NCBI GenBank assembly: GCA_038861545.1
Contig: JAWCCZ010000005.1
Location: 1-64,000 of the forward strand
From: Thermofilaceae archaeon
GTDB taxonomy: Archaea > Thermoproteota > Thermoprotei > Thermofilales > Thermofilaceae
Reading direction: 5' to 3'
DNA length: 64,000 nucleotides
Numbering within the stretch: the stretch's first letter is position 1; each line of letters opens with the position of its first letter. The translations under genes and the position numbers were made by a program. The notes below the pieces were generated by a model. That model saw nothing but the letters and a program-made list of their open reading frames with translations, was not told the origin of the DNA and made no database searches. Below are positions 47,195 through 56,361 of this stretch, piece by piece.

Positions 47195-48502
47195 ATGCAG
47201 TCTGCGATTAAAGATTTCAGTCTAGCGTCTGAAGGCAAACTCAAGATAGAGTGGGCTGAGGCGCATATGCCTGTACTACGTAAAATTATGGTAACGTTCT
47301 CTAAAACTAAGCCTTTAGAGGGGCTCACTATAAGTGCATGCTTACATGTAACCAAGGAAACAGGGGTTTTAGTCCGGGCACTAACTGCTGGCGGAGCGGA
47401 GGTGTACTTGGCAGCAAGCAATCCATTGTCAACTCAGGACGATGTAGCGGCCGCTTTAGTTGAAGAGGGGATTCATGTGTATGCTTGGAGAGGTATGAGC
47501 ACTGAAGATTACTACAAGGCAATAGCTCGAGTTGCCTCCGCTAACCCGGCTATAACTATGGATGACGGAGGCGATTTAACGGTTTTGATCCATAAGCTTT
47601 ACTACAATGAAACGGGTATGGATGTAGAAATAGCTAAGCAGGTTATAGGAAAGTGCAAAATAGAGCATAATAGCGTAATAGGTGGAACTGAGGAAACGAC
47701 GACGGGCGTTATTAGGTTGAAGTCCCTTGCTAAAGAGGGGAAACTGCTTTACCCGATAATTGCGGTTAATGAATCTCGTACAAAGTACCTCTTCGATAAC
47801 AGATATGGAACAGGGCAAAGCAGCCTTGATGGTGTGCTTAGGGCAACCAACTTATTAATAGCGGGCAAAACAGTAGTAGTAGCAGGCTATGGGTGGGTAG
47901 GACGGGGAATAGCTTCCAGAGCTAGAGGATTAGGTGCGAGAGTCATCATAGTTGAGCCTAACCCGATAAAAGCTCTTGAGGCATACTACGATGGTTTTTA
48001 CGTTACTGACATGGATGAGGCCGCCTCTTTAGGTGATATATTTATCACTGCCACAGGAAATACAGATGTTATTAGAGGAGAACATATTAGAAAAATGAAA
48101 GATTGCACAGTACTGGCAAATGCTGGGCATTTTAACGTTGAGATATCTGTAAGCGACCTAGAGCAATTAGCTGTCACTAAACGACAAATTAGGGACAATG
48201 TAGAGGAATATAAACTACCAGATGGGCGTAGGCTCTATCTGCTATGCGGTGGACGTTTAGTCAATTTAGCAGCTGCGGAGGGGCATCCCTCTGAAGTAAT
48301 GGACATGAGTTTCAGTAATCAAGCATTAGCTGTCTATTATATAAACAAAAATAAAAATATATTAAAAAATAAGGTTTATAAACTACCTAAAAATATAGAT
48401 TATAAAATAGCTAAATTAAAGTTATCCTCCTTACAAATAAAAACGGAGAAATTGACACTTAAGCAAAAAGAATATATAGAATCATGGAGACTTGGAACAT
48501 GA
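47195..48502 (+). CDS. ahcY: Adenosylhomocysteinase
   Basis: CLHVTKET, SNPLSTQD, EETTTG, FDNRYGTGQS, GYGWVGRG and GHPSEVMDMSF. Confidence 0.97.
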   Translation: MQSAIKDFSLASEGKLKIEWAEAHMPVLRKIMVTFSKTKPLEGLTISACLHVTKETGVLVRALTAGGAEVYLAASNPLSTQDDVAAALVEEGIHVYAWRGMSTEDYYKAIARVASANPAITMDDGGDLTVLIHKLYYNETGMDVEIAKQVIGKCKIEHNSVIGGTEETTTGVIRLKSLAKEGKLLYPIIAVNESRTKYLFDNRYGTGQSSLDGVLRATNLLIAGKTVVVAGYGWVGRGIASRARGLGARVIIVEPNPIKALEAYYDGFYVTDMDEAASLGDIFITATGNTDVIRGEHIRKMKDCTVLANAGHFNVEISVSDLEQLAVTKRQIRDNVEEYKLPDGRRLYLLCGGRLVNLAAAEGHPSEVMDMSFSNQALAVYYINKNKNILKNKVYKLPKNIDYKIAKLKLSSLQIKTEKLTLKQKEYIESWRLGT

Positions 48503-48578
48503 AAATCAAGCTTGCTATCGCCTTTTTTACTGCATACCTTATTTAAAGTTTAAAAGTTGGGCTATTACAAGATTGTGG

Positions 48579-50264
48579 GTGGTCACCCTAAAAGAGAAGT
48601 GGCTAGTGTTTTCGGCATGGCCCTATGTTAACGCTATTCCACATTTAGGTAACCTTGTGGGTTCTATACTCTCTGCAGATATAGCAGCACGTTTCTTAAG
48701 AATGAAGAACGTTGAGGTAGTGTTCGCCAGTGGTTCTGATCAACACGGAACGCCGATAGAGGTGGAAGCTATGAAACGGAACATAAATCCAAAAGTTTTA
48801 GCTGATGAGATGCATGAACGAGTGACAAAATTGTTCGAAAAATGGAATATTTCCTTTGATATTTATACAAAAACTGAGAGTGAAATACATGTCAATTTTG
48901 TGAAAGATTTCTATGATCAAGTATATAAAAATGGTTATATATTTAGCGATATAGTTCAAGTATTATTCTGTACTAAAGATAAAATTTACCTCCCAGATAG
49001 GTTTGTCGAAGGTATCTGCCCCTATTGTCAGTATCCAAAAGCTAGAGGAGATCAATGCGATAACTGTGGTAGGTTATTAGATCCACTAATTTTAATTGAA
49101 GCGCGTTGTGTGCTATGTAATTCTAAACCTGTAATTAAAGAAAGTAAACATTGGTTTTTAGATTTATCAAAACTAACTGATAATATTAAAAACTATATTA
49201 TTAATAATAATAACCTACCAGAAAACGCTAAAAACATGAGTATTCAGATGATAGAGGAAGGATTAAAGCCGAGATCTTTAACGAGGGATAATAGATGGGG
49301 TATTGAGGCTCCTTTTCCAGGTGCAGAAGGAAAGACAATCTATGTATGGATGGAGGCAGTCCTAGGGTATGTTTCGGCTGTCCAGGAATATTTCAAAAAG
49401 AGGGAACAACCTGACCGATGGAAAGAATTCTGGCTTGATAGAGAAACAAAAAGCGTATATTTCATCGGAAAGGATAACATACCTTTTCACACTATAATTC
49501 TGCCAGCTCTTTTAATCGCATCTAGAAAAGGATACGTTTTACCTTGGATTGTGGCTTCAACTGAATACCTTATGTTTGAAGGTGAGAAATTCTCGAAAAG
49601 CAGAGGAGTTGGAATATGGATTGACGAAGCTTTAGAACTTTTACCAGCAGACTACTGGAGGTTCTCTTTAATAGCCATGAGACCTGAAGTTAGAGACGTA
49701 AACTTTACCTGGAAAGGATTACAGGAAGTTATCAACTCGCAGCTAAACGATTCTATTGGTAATTTTATCCATAGAGTTTTGACCTTAGTTAAGCGAAGAT
49801 TTAATGGTATTATCCCCGATCCCAAATCCCTTAGGGAAATCGATAGAGAAACTTTAGAAAAAGCTTGGTCTAAGGTAGACGAAATTGAAAAACATATGTT
49901 AGAATTTAGATATAAGAGGGCCTTAACTGAGATCCTAGAAATTGCTTCTATGGGAAACACATATATAAACTTACAGCGACCGTGGGAGGAGCCCTCCCCA
50001 GAAGCCGCTAAATCCCTCTTTACGGCCTGTAGCCTAGTGAAAACCCTTATTATAGTTTTAGCACCAATAATACCTGAAAGCTCACGAAGAGCTTGGGAAA
50101 TGCTGGGTTATGAGGAAAAGGTTGAAGAAATTTTATGGGAAGAGGCAAAAACAACTATCCAACCTGGACTCAAGATACGCGATCCAGAACCTCTTTTCAG
50201 GAAACTTACTGACGAAGATATAGAGGGCATGAAGAAAAAGCTAGAATCGATGAGAGCAAGATGA
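48579..50264 (+). CDS. metG: Methionine--tRNA ligase (no C-terminal dimerisation domain)
   Basis: AWPYVNAIPHLGN, GSDQHGTPI, Zn knuckles, YVWMEA, GKDNIPFH and KFSKS. Start set to GTG 48579. Confidence 0.97.
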   Translation: MVTLKEKWLVFSAWPYVNAIPHLGNLVGSILSADIAARFLRMKNVEVVFASGSDQHGTPIEVEAMKRNINPKVLADEMHERVTKLFEKWNISFDIYTKTESEIHVNFVKDFYDQVYKNGYIFSDIVQVLFCTKDKIYLPDRFVEGICPYCQYPKARGDQCDNCGRLLDPLILIEARCVLCNSKPVIKESKHWFLDLSKLTDNIKNYIINNNNLPENAKNMSIQMIEEGLKPRSLTRDNRWGIEAPFPGAEGKTIYVWMEAVLGYVSAVQEYFKKREQPDRWKEFWLDRETKSVYFIGKDNIPFHTIILPALLIASRKGYVLPWIVASTEYLMFEGEKFSKSRGVGIWIDEALELLPADYWRFSLIAMRPEVRDVNFTWKGLQEVINSQLNDSIGNFIHRVLTLVKRRFNGIIPDPKSLREIDRETLEKAWSKVDEIEKHMLEFRYKRALTEILEIASMGNTYINLQRPWEEPSPEAAKSLFTACSLVKTLIIVLAPIIPESSRRAWEMLGYEEKVEEILWEEAKTTIQPGLKIRDPEPLFRKLTDEDIEGMKKKLESMRAR

Positions 50265-50387
50265 AGTAAAGTTTTGGATTAGTTTTATACTAAGAGTTTC
50301 CTATTTTAGTCAAAGCTTATGTGTTATTGTCTTTCTTTACGCGAGAAAGTTTCCTTTAACAAAGCTGAACTTAATATATACAGATAA

Positions 50388-51665
50388 TCAATCTACAATA
50401 TCGCCTTCTAAATGAAATGGTGTAAAACTCTTTATTCTAATTTTTACCCAATCACCTATTTTCGCAGAATTTGCAGATAAGATCACTGGTTTATATGTGT
50501 CTGTTCGTGCTACTATGTAATCTCCTGGCCTTTCTTCAACTACTAAGGCATTTATAACTCTGTTAAGGTATTCAGAGTTCCTCTGAGCCGCGACCTTAAT
50601 CGATATTTCAGAAAGTATTCTCGACCTTCTTTTCTTCTCTGGCTCGGGGACTTGTGGATTCATAATATAGGCTGGCGTGAATGGTCTAAATGTGTATCTA
50701 GCTAGATGAACCTTATCGAATAACAGCTCTTCAATTAACTTAACACTATTCATAAATGCTTCCCATTTTTCGCCTGGAAACCCTACTATTATGTCTGTGA
50801 CGATGCTCAAATCCTTTAACTCGTTTCTTAAGTATGTTACGATGTATTTATACTCAGCGACCGTGTACTTTCTACCCATAATTTTTAGTACTTCTTCATC
50901 GCCAGACTGCACTGGTAGGTGTACGTACTTGTAAATTCTGTCGTCCTTCATTAAACATGATAACCTATCCACAAACTTCTTTACAAGCCAAGGTTCCATC
51001 ATACCAATTCTTATTCTGTAATCGCCTTCGACGACGCTTAGAATTTCCTCCAGTAAATCTGGTAGGTTAATACCTAAATCTAATCCATAAGCTGCTAAGT
51101 CCTGGCCTGTCAAGTAAACTTCTTTAGCTCCCATTCTAACAGCTTCGTCAATCATATTAACAGCTATTTCCGGGTCTAAGCTAATTACTCCTCTTCTGAC
51201 GATGGGCTCCACGCAGAAGCTACAGGCTCCAAGGCAACCAGCTTGTATGGGTAAGACGTACCTAAAGTCTCCAGTATATTTAGGAATGAGTAATTCCTTA
51301 CCATAAACCCTAACCAAGAAAAGATAGTCTCCTCTTAGAAAATTACGAAGTTTGCTCATAGACCCAGGTTCTATTAATGATGCATTAGGTGCCGTTTTCA
51401 ATATTTGATAGGGACGAATATTAACTAAACAGCCTGTAACTGCGATCCTAAGGTTCCTCTTACTTAGAAACTTCAGCCTTTCAAGAGCTTTTCTTTCACT
51501 CTCTGCCCTTACCGCACAGGTAATAAGAATAGCTGCTTCGGCCTCATCTAAAGTATTAACCACATTACCGCCTTCATTTATCACCATCTGTACTACTACA
51601 TCAGCTAATGCTTTGTTTAACCAACAACCATAGCATTCCACATATACTCGCATTTCAAAACCCAT
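50388..51665 (-). CDS. tRNA methylthiotransferase (MtaB/e-MtaB, MiaB-like radical SAM)
   Basis: UPF0004 domain (YGCWLN, TCAV, GCL), GCLGACSFC, HLPVQSG, DIIVGFPGE and C-terminal TRAM. Confidence 0.92.
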   Translation of the reverse strand: MGFEMRVYVECYGCWLNKALADVVVQMVINEGGNVVNTLDEAEAAILITCAVRAESERKALERLKFLSKRNLRIAVTGCLVNIRPYQILKTAPNASLIEPGSMSKLRNFLRGDYLFLVRVYGKELLIPKYTGDFRYVLPIQAGCLGACSFCVEPIVRRGVISLDPEIAVNMIDEAVRMGAKEVYLTGQDLAAYGLDLGINLPDLLEEILSVVEGDYRIRIGMMEPWLVKKFVDRLSCLMKDDRIYKYVHLPVQSGDEEVLKIMGRKYTVAEYKYIVTYLRNELKDLSIVTDIIVGFPGEKWEAFMNSVKLIEELLFDKVHLARYTFRPFTPAYIMNPQVPEPEKKRRSRILSEISIKVAAQRNSEYLNRVINALVVEERPGDYIVARTDTYKPVILSANSAKIGDWVKIRIKSFTPFHLEGDIVD

Positions 51666-51788
51666 TCACTTGAACTTTAAAAACTCCACAGTTTAAGGTA
51701 TACGCGATAAATACTCTTAGACGTCACTCTTAACTAGATGGCAAGGGTTTTTAAAGTGTAAATAGCACTGGGCTGCAGGGGGTGAAAA

Positions 51789-53381
51789 GTGCAACGTTAT
51801 ACATATGCTATCATAGCGATAATGGCATTAACTGTATGTGTAAAAGCTTTCGGTGATGTTGACTTAGAACTAAATGTTAAGCCAGATATTCCCTATATTA
51901 TAGAGATAATTAACCTAAAAACATCTCCAGTAAAAACTCTCAGCTTTAATTTAAGTAAATTTGTCAAATATATTGTATATTCAGCCGCATTATCCGATGA
52001 GGAAGTAGTTAAAGGGAATTGCGAAAATGGGATAATTAGTTTCCAGTTCAAGATGGCCCATGAGGAATTCAAAATCGCATTTGTGTTGCATACCGTTAAT
52101 AAAACTGATACATCTAGCCAGATTACTATACCTTTACCCTTAGCACCGCTTGAACAAGGATCCAACTTCACATTGCTAATTTACGAGTTACCCTCGGATC
52201 CGGTAATAAACAATCCATACTTGAACTTTTCAAAGGGATTCGATTCTGCCCTTGGATATTACCTTAGATATAATGGCTCAGCTCCTTCAGGCTCCCTTTA
52301 TCCAATCGAGCTTGAAGTCAGGTACTCTAACCCAAGACCGGTAATAGACAGCATTGTTAGAACAGTAAAGATAGAAAAAGAACAAGTAATTTTCACAGAT
52401 AATTATACGCTTGTAGGCTTTTTTGATCAAGAGTCCAGTAATTTAGAATTATTCTACCCCGGTAACTTCATTATAAGTAGCGTAATAGGGCTTATGGGAG
52501 TCTACCCTTCTACAAGTTATAGCGTCGATTCACTTAATAATTCATTAAAACTATCTGTGAAATTGATGGCTCCTCCGCGCCGAAGTGGCGATCGCGCTTA
52601 CCTTACTGTTACTTTAAAGACTCCATATAAATGCAGTGAAAACGGCTGTGAGCTTCCACTCTCGGTAGCCGTAGGGCACTATGTAAATAACTTAACAGTA
52701 ATGCTAAGAGTGCATGGAGAACTTGAGTTTCAAGGATTAAAGCCAATTAATTTAAAGTCTGTTCAAAGCGACACAGTATACATACTTGGTTCATTTAATT
52801 TGCTAAATAACGAATTTTCTAATATTAAAGTTTGGGTGAAACCCAAACTTGCAACTAAGCTTTCCCCACTCTACACTGTCACACTACTATTAGTTGCTGT
52901 TATAGCTTTGTATATAGGATTTACTAAAACTAAGAATATTTTTTCCGCTAAGCAACCTGCTAGTACTAAAGTGGTCGAGAAAGTCGCTCCACCGCAAGAA
53001 GTTGTAGATACTGTAATAGATATAATTACACTGCTTAGAAATTGGTTAGACGAATGTTTAAAGTTAAGTGAAGGTAAGATTACTATGCGTGACTATAAAC
53101 AAATAGTAAAAGAAAATAGAAGAAAATATGACTCATTAAGATTTAAAATCGAGAAAATTTCAATGGAATTAGCTGATGATAATATGAAATCACTAATTAA
53201 AAATCTCAACGAAAAATCATATTCGTTGGTTAAGATATTTCAACAATTCGAAAACTTAAGAATGATATACGATAGAAGAACGATAACAAGAAAAGAATAC
53301 GAACGACAAATCGCACCACTAAAGGAGAACGCTCAGGATATCTTAGATTCACTTGAATCTTTATTGAAAGCCTTAACGTAA
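51789..53381 (+). CDS. Single-pass membrane glycoprotein, ribophorin-I-like architecture
   Basis: Signal peptide, two beta-rich exo-domains with sequons, one TM, helical cytosolic tail. Homology is inferred. Confidence 0.6.
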   Translation: MQRYTYAIIAIMALTVCVKAFGDVDLELNVKPDIPYIIEIINLKTSPVKTLSFNLSKFVKYIVYSAALSDEEVVKGNCENGIISFQFKMAHEEFKIAFVLHTVNKTDTSSQITIPLPLAPLEQGSNFTLLIYELPSDPVINNPYLNFSKGFDSALGYYLRYNGSAPSGSLYPIELEVRYSNPRPVIDSIVRTVKIEKEQVIFTDNYTLVGFFDQESSNLELFYPGNFIISSVIGLMGVYPSTSYSVDSLNNSLKLSVKLMAPPRRSGDRAYLTVTLKTPYKCSENGCELPLSVAVGHYVNNLTVMLRVHGELEFQGLKPINLKSVQSDTVYILGSFNLLNNEFSNIKVWVKPKLATKLSPLYTVTLLLVAVIALYIGFTKTKNIFSAKQPASTKVVEKVAPPQEVVDTVIDIITLLRNWLDECLKLSEGKITMRDYKQIVKENRRKYDSLRFKIEKISMELADDNMKSLIKNLNEKSYSLVKIFQQFENLRMIYDRRTITRKEYERQIAPLKENAQDILDSLESLLKALT

Positions 53382-53462
53382 AGTCCATTTTTATCGATCT
53401 ATTTATTCAATTCTGTTTATCGCCAGTCAAGAATTCTTTGGTACAAATAAAGAAAAGTACAC

Positions 53463-53581
53463 TGGTGCGGGGGCCGGGATTCGAACCCGGGCAGGCCTCC
53501 GCCAGCGGAGATCCCCTCTACCAATTTTACCTCTGGTAGATCCTAAGTCCGCCCCCTTTGTCCTAGCTCGGGCACCCCCGC
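53463..53581 (-). tRNA. tRNA-Leu(TAG), 31-nt intron (best placement 37/38, 53511-53541), CCA encoded
   Basis: GCGGGGG/CCCCCGC acceptor stem, GCGGA/TCCGC anticodon stem, long variable arm; intron hairpin TCTACCAG/TTGGTAGA. Confidence 0.93.
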
Positions 53582-53623
53582 TAAACCTAGCTAACCAATC
53601 CAGGTAATAAATTTTCGGTATAT

Positions 53624-53692
53624 TGCGACGACTCAGCCAAATGCCTTTCGGTCACTTCTCACCGTAACTCTGTTTCCTCATTTGCCGTCGCA
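53624..53692 (-). ncRNA. C/D-box guide sRNA targeting 23S rRNA H69/H71 region
   Basis: 9-bp terminal stem TGCGACGGC/GTCGTCGCA; C ATGAGGA, guide AACAGAGTTACG, D' GTGA, C'-like GAAGTGA, guide CCGAAAGGCATTTGG, D CTGA. Guides complement the conserved LSU sequences GUAACUCUG and CCAAAUGCCUU. Confidence 0.85.
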
Positions 53693-53738
53693 GAGTTAAT
53701 TCTCGATTGAGAAATAAAACCTTGCCTTTATTAACTTG

Positions 53739-54017
53739 TTACTCAATTAACCTGGATACTGTGATAATATCTACTTGACTTACTCCAGCGACGTCAGCTA
53801 ATAGTTCTTCTAGATTTGTTGTACCTCCTTCGATGCTTTCAGGCATGGCTATCCAGAGATATATAGCGTTTATACCGAATGCTACTGGTTCAATTCTACT
53901 TTTCAAAACTTCATATAATTCTCGGGGAAGCTTACCTTTTACTGCTTCAATGATTTTCTCAGGCGGAGTATCTACATCATCTGGGAGAATTTTCACGATC
54001 GTTACCACCCGTGTCAT
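53739..54017 (-). CDS. ef1b: Translation elongation factor 1-beta
   Basis: VKILPDD, EPVAFGINA, EGGT..LEE and GVSQV. Start set to ATG 54017. Confidence 0.93.
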   Translation of the reverse strand: MTRVVTIVKILPDDVDTPPEKIIEAVKGKLPRELYEVLKSRIEPVAFGINAIYLWIAMPESIEGGTTNLEELLADVAGVSQVDIITVSRLIE

Positions 54018-54027
54018 GTTTATCCCC

Positions 54028-54204
54028 CTATGGACCTGCAAATCCACATTTAGGGCATTGGTATGTGTTACATTGTTTTCGACATTTCTCGCATCTCCAG
54101 ATCTCTACTTCACCGCAGTTAGGACAGCGAAATCTTACACCCCTCTCGTATGGTGCTATAGGTTTGTGACATGACGAGCAGAGTGGTATTTTAAGGCTAG
54201 TCAT
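54028..54204 (-). CDS. Small Zn-finger protein (DUF1610/HVO_2753-like; not in ORF track, 58 aa)
   Basis: Manual translation [58 protein letters not shown] with four CxxC motifs. Usual archaeal position upstream of EF-1beta. Confidence 0.92.
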   Translation of the reverse strand: MTSLKIPLCSSCHKPIAPYERGVRFRCPNCGEVEIWRCEKCRKQCNTYQCPKCGFAGP

Positions 54205-54263
54205 AGGAGGCCCTCAACTGCTCTATTTATAAATCTTGGCCAATAGTGGCTATTTTGTCTGCC

Positions 54264-54629
54264 TTAGATAATCACCAGTAGGGGTTCCCCCTGCTTCACA
54301 ACCATGCCTTCCTTAACAAATAACTCCTTTATAATTCCCTGTTTATTAGCTCTGACCTCTATCCTAGTTTTCATGGCTTCTAAAATCGCAATCGTATCAC
54401 CTTGCTCTACTTTATCTCCTACCTTTACTTTAATTTCAATAACTTTTCCAGTAATCGGTGCGTTAATAGCTCCCTCAATTCCACTGACCGTAGGCTCTGT
54501 AGAGACGCTTTTAACAACCCCGGTTTTTAGCGCTTGAAGTAAAACTTCTAAATCACTAGATCCTTCTTCTACTTCTACCTCAACATCGAATTCCTCGCCG
54601 TCTATTACTACCTTAAACCATCGTTTCAT
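54264..54629 (-). CDS. Biotin carboxyl carrier protein
   Basis: APITGKV, VKVGDKV and biotinylation motif LEAMKT. N-terminal FKVVIDGEEFDVEVE hairpin. Confidence 0.92.
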   Translation of the reverse strand: MKRWFKVVIDGEEFDVEVEVEEGSSDLEVLLQALKTGVVKSVSTEPTVSGIEGAINAPITGKVIEIKVKVGDKVEQGDTIAILEAMKTRIEVRANKQGIIKELFVKEGMVVKQGEPLLVII

Positions 54630-54799
54630 AAGTAGGCACCTTCAAAATCTGAACATGCTTCCAATTTTGCTATCAACCCCCAGAGTCTGGAAGCTGACTG
54701 CGAAGGCTTCTTAGATTTACTTTTTTGTCTAGAAGATAAAATGAAGCAGGTTACTGCCAATAAGGCCGCCAGCCTTCGCTGCTCTTCGTCTGTTTTCAA
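54626..54799 (-). CDS. Small carboxyltransferase accessory subunit (epsilon/delta-C-terminus-like; not in ORF track, 57 aa)
   Basis: Manual translation MKTDEEQRRLAALLAVTCFILSSRQKSKSKKPSQSASRLWGLIAKLEACSDFEGAYL. TTGA and ATGA overlaps couple it to both neighbours. Confidence 0.75.
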   Translation of the reverse strand: MKTDEEQRRLAALLAVTCFILSSRQKSKSKKPSQSASRLWGLIAKLEACSDFEGAYL

Positions 54800-56361
54800 A
54801 CAGGTGGCACCCCATGCTTTTTAGAAGGACAGGGTTTCCTCTCCCTTTTAGAGAGAAGGAAATTTAGAGTCTGTACTAATACGCTCCTTGTCTCGCTGGG
54901 GATTAGTACGTTATCAATGTATCCTCTACCTGCTGGAAAATATGGATTAGCAAACCTGCTTCTATACTCACTAACAAAGCTTTTGATTAACTCTTCTCTC
55001 TCTTCGGGATCGGCTTTTTCCAGCTTATTTTTATGTATAATTTCAACTGCTCCTTCAGGACCCATTACCGCTATTTCGGCACTTGGCCAAGCATAGACGA
55101 CGTCTGCTCCTAAATGTTTGCTTCCAAGAGCTATATATGCGCCTCCATAGGCTTTACGGATAATAACTGTTACTTTTGGTACTGTAGATTGCGCATAAGC
55201 ATGTATTATCTTTGCACCATGGCGTATAACGCCCCCATGTTCCTGAATCGTACCTGGCAGAAAGCCAGGTACATCTACAAAAGTGAACACCGGAATGTTA
55301 AACGCGTCACAAAACGTCACAAACCTCGCAATCTTATCCGAACTATTTATGTCCAAGCTACCGGCCATGAACGTAGGTTGATTAGCAACCACACCAACTA
55401 CGTAACCAGCGAGCCTCGCGAATCCTGTGATGGCATTTAACGCGAAGAGTTCTTGGACTTCAAAAAAAGATTCCCTATCGAATACTCGAGTAATGATTTC
55501 CCGCATGTCGTAGGGTTCCTCTGGATCGTCTGGTACTATACTGTTTAATGTTTCATCCTCTCTATTTGGATCATCCCCTGTATCCACGTACGGTGGATCC
55601 TCTAAGTTGTTCGACGGCAGATAACTCAGAAGTTTCTTTATTAGATAGATAGCATCCTTGTCATCATTCGTAACAAAGTGTGCTACACCGCTTTTTTCAG
55701 CATGTACTTCGGCTCCACCTAAGCTTTCAAACGTTACATCCTCGCCAGTAGCTGCTTTTACTACCTTAGGTCCTGTGATGAACATGTAACTGGTTTTCTT
55801 GACCATAATAATGAAGTCTGCTAAGGCTGGAGAGTAAACCGCACCGCCTGCACATGGACCCATTATTGCTACTATTTGAGGAACTACCCCGCTCGCCATC
55901 ACATTCCTATAGAATATTTCACCGTAGCCTTTAAGTGAATCAACTCCCTCTTGAATGCGCGCCCCTCCAGAGTCATTTAAACCTATAATAGGGATTCCTA
56001 GTTTCATAGCTAACTCTATTAAATGGGCTATCTTCATGCCATGCATTTCACCCACACTGCCACCCATGAACGTGAAATCTTGAGCATATACTGCAACTTT
56101 GCGTCCATTTACTTCGCCTATTCCGGTAATTACTCCATCTCCATAAGCTACCTTACTACTCATGTCCAGCTCTGTAGCTCTATGTGTGACCAGACACTCA
56201 AGCTCAACAAAAGTACCTTTATCGACTAAAAGCTCTACTCGTTCCCAAGCTGTAAGCTTGCCAGATTCATGCTGCTTTCTTATCCTATCGATGTCGCCTC
56301 CAAGCCTAATCCGTTCTTTAAACTGTTTGAGTTCTTCAACTCTGCGCAAATTAGCCTTCAC
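54796..56361 (-). CDS. Acyl-CoA carboxyltransferase (PccB/MmdA family)
   Basis: GKLTAWER, GDGVITG, QDFTFMGGS, DSGGARIQEG, GPCAGGAVYSPA, DVPGFLPG, RKAYGGAY and KKHG. Confidence 0.95.
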   Translation of the reverse strand: MKANLRRVEELKQFKERIRLGGDIDRIRKQHESGKLTAWERVELLVDKGTFVELECLVTHRATELDMSSKVAYGDGVITGIGEVNGRKVAVYAQDFTFMGGSVGEMHGMKIAHLIELAMKLGIPIIGLNDSGGARIQEGVDSLKGYGEIFYRNVMASGVVPQIVAIMGPCAGGAVYSPALADFIIMVKKTSYMFITGPKVVKAATGEDVTFESLGGAEVHAEKSGVAHFVTNDDKDAIYLIKKLLSYLPSNNLEDPPYVDTGDDPNREDETLNSIVPDDPEEPYDMREIITRVFDRESFFEVQELFALNAITGFARLAGYVVGVVANQPTFMAGSLDINSSDKIARFVTFCDAFNIPVFTFVDVPGFLPGTIQEHGGVIRHGAKIIHAYAQSTVPKVTVIIRKAYGGAYIALGSKHLGADVVYAWPSAEIAVMGPEGAVEIIHKNKLEKADPEEREELIKSFVSEYRSRFANPYFPAGRGYIDNVLIPSETRSVLVQTLNFLLSKRERKPCPSKKHGVPPV

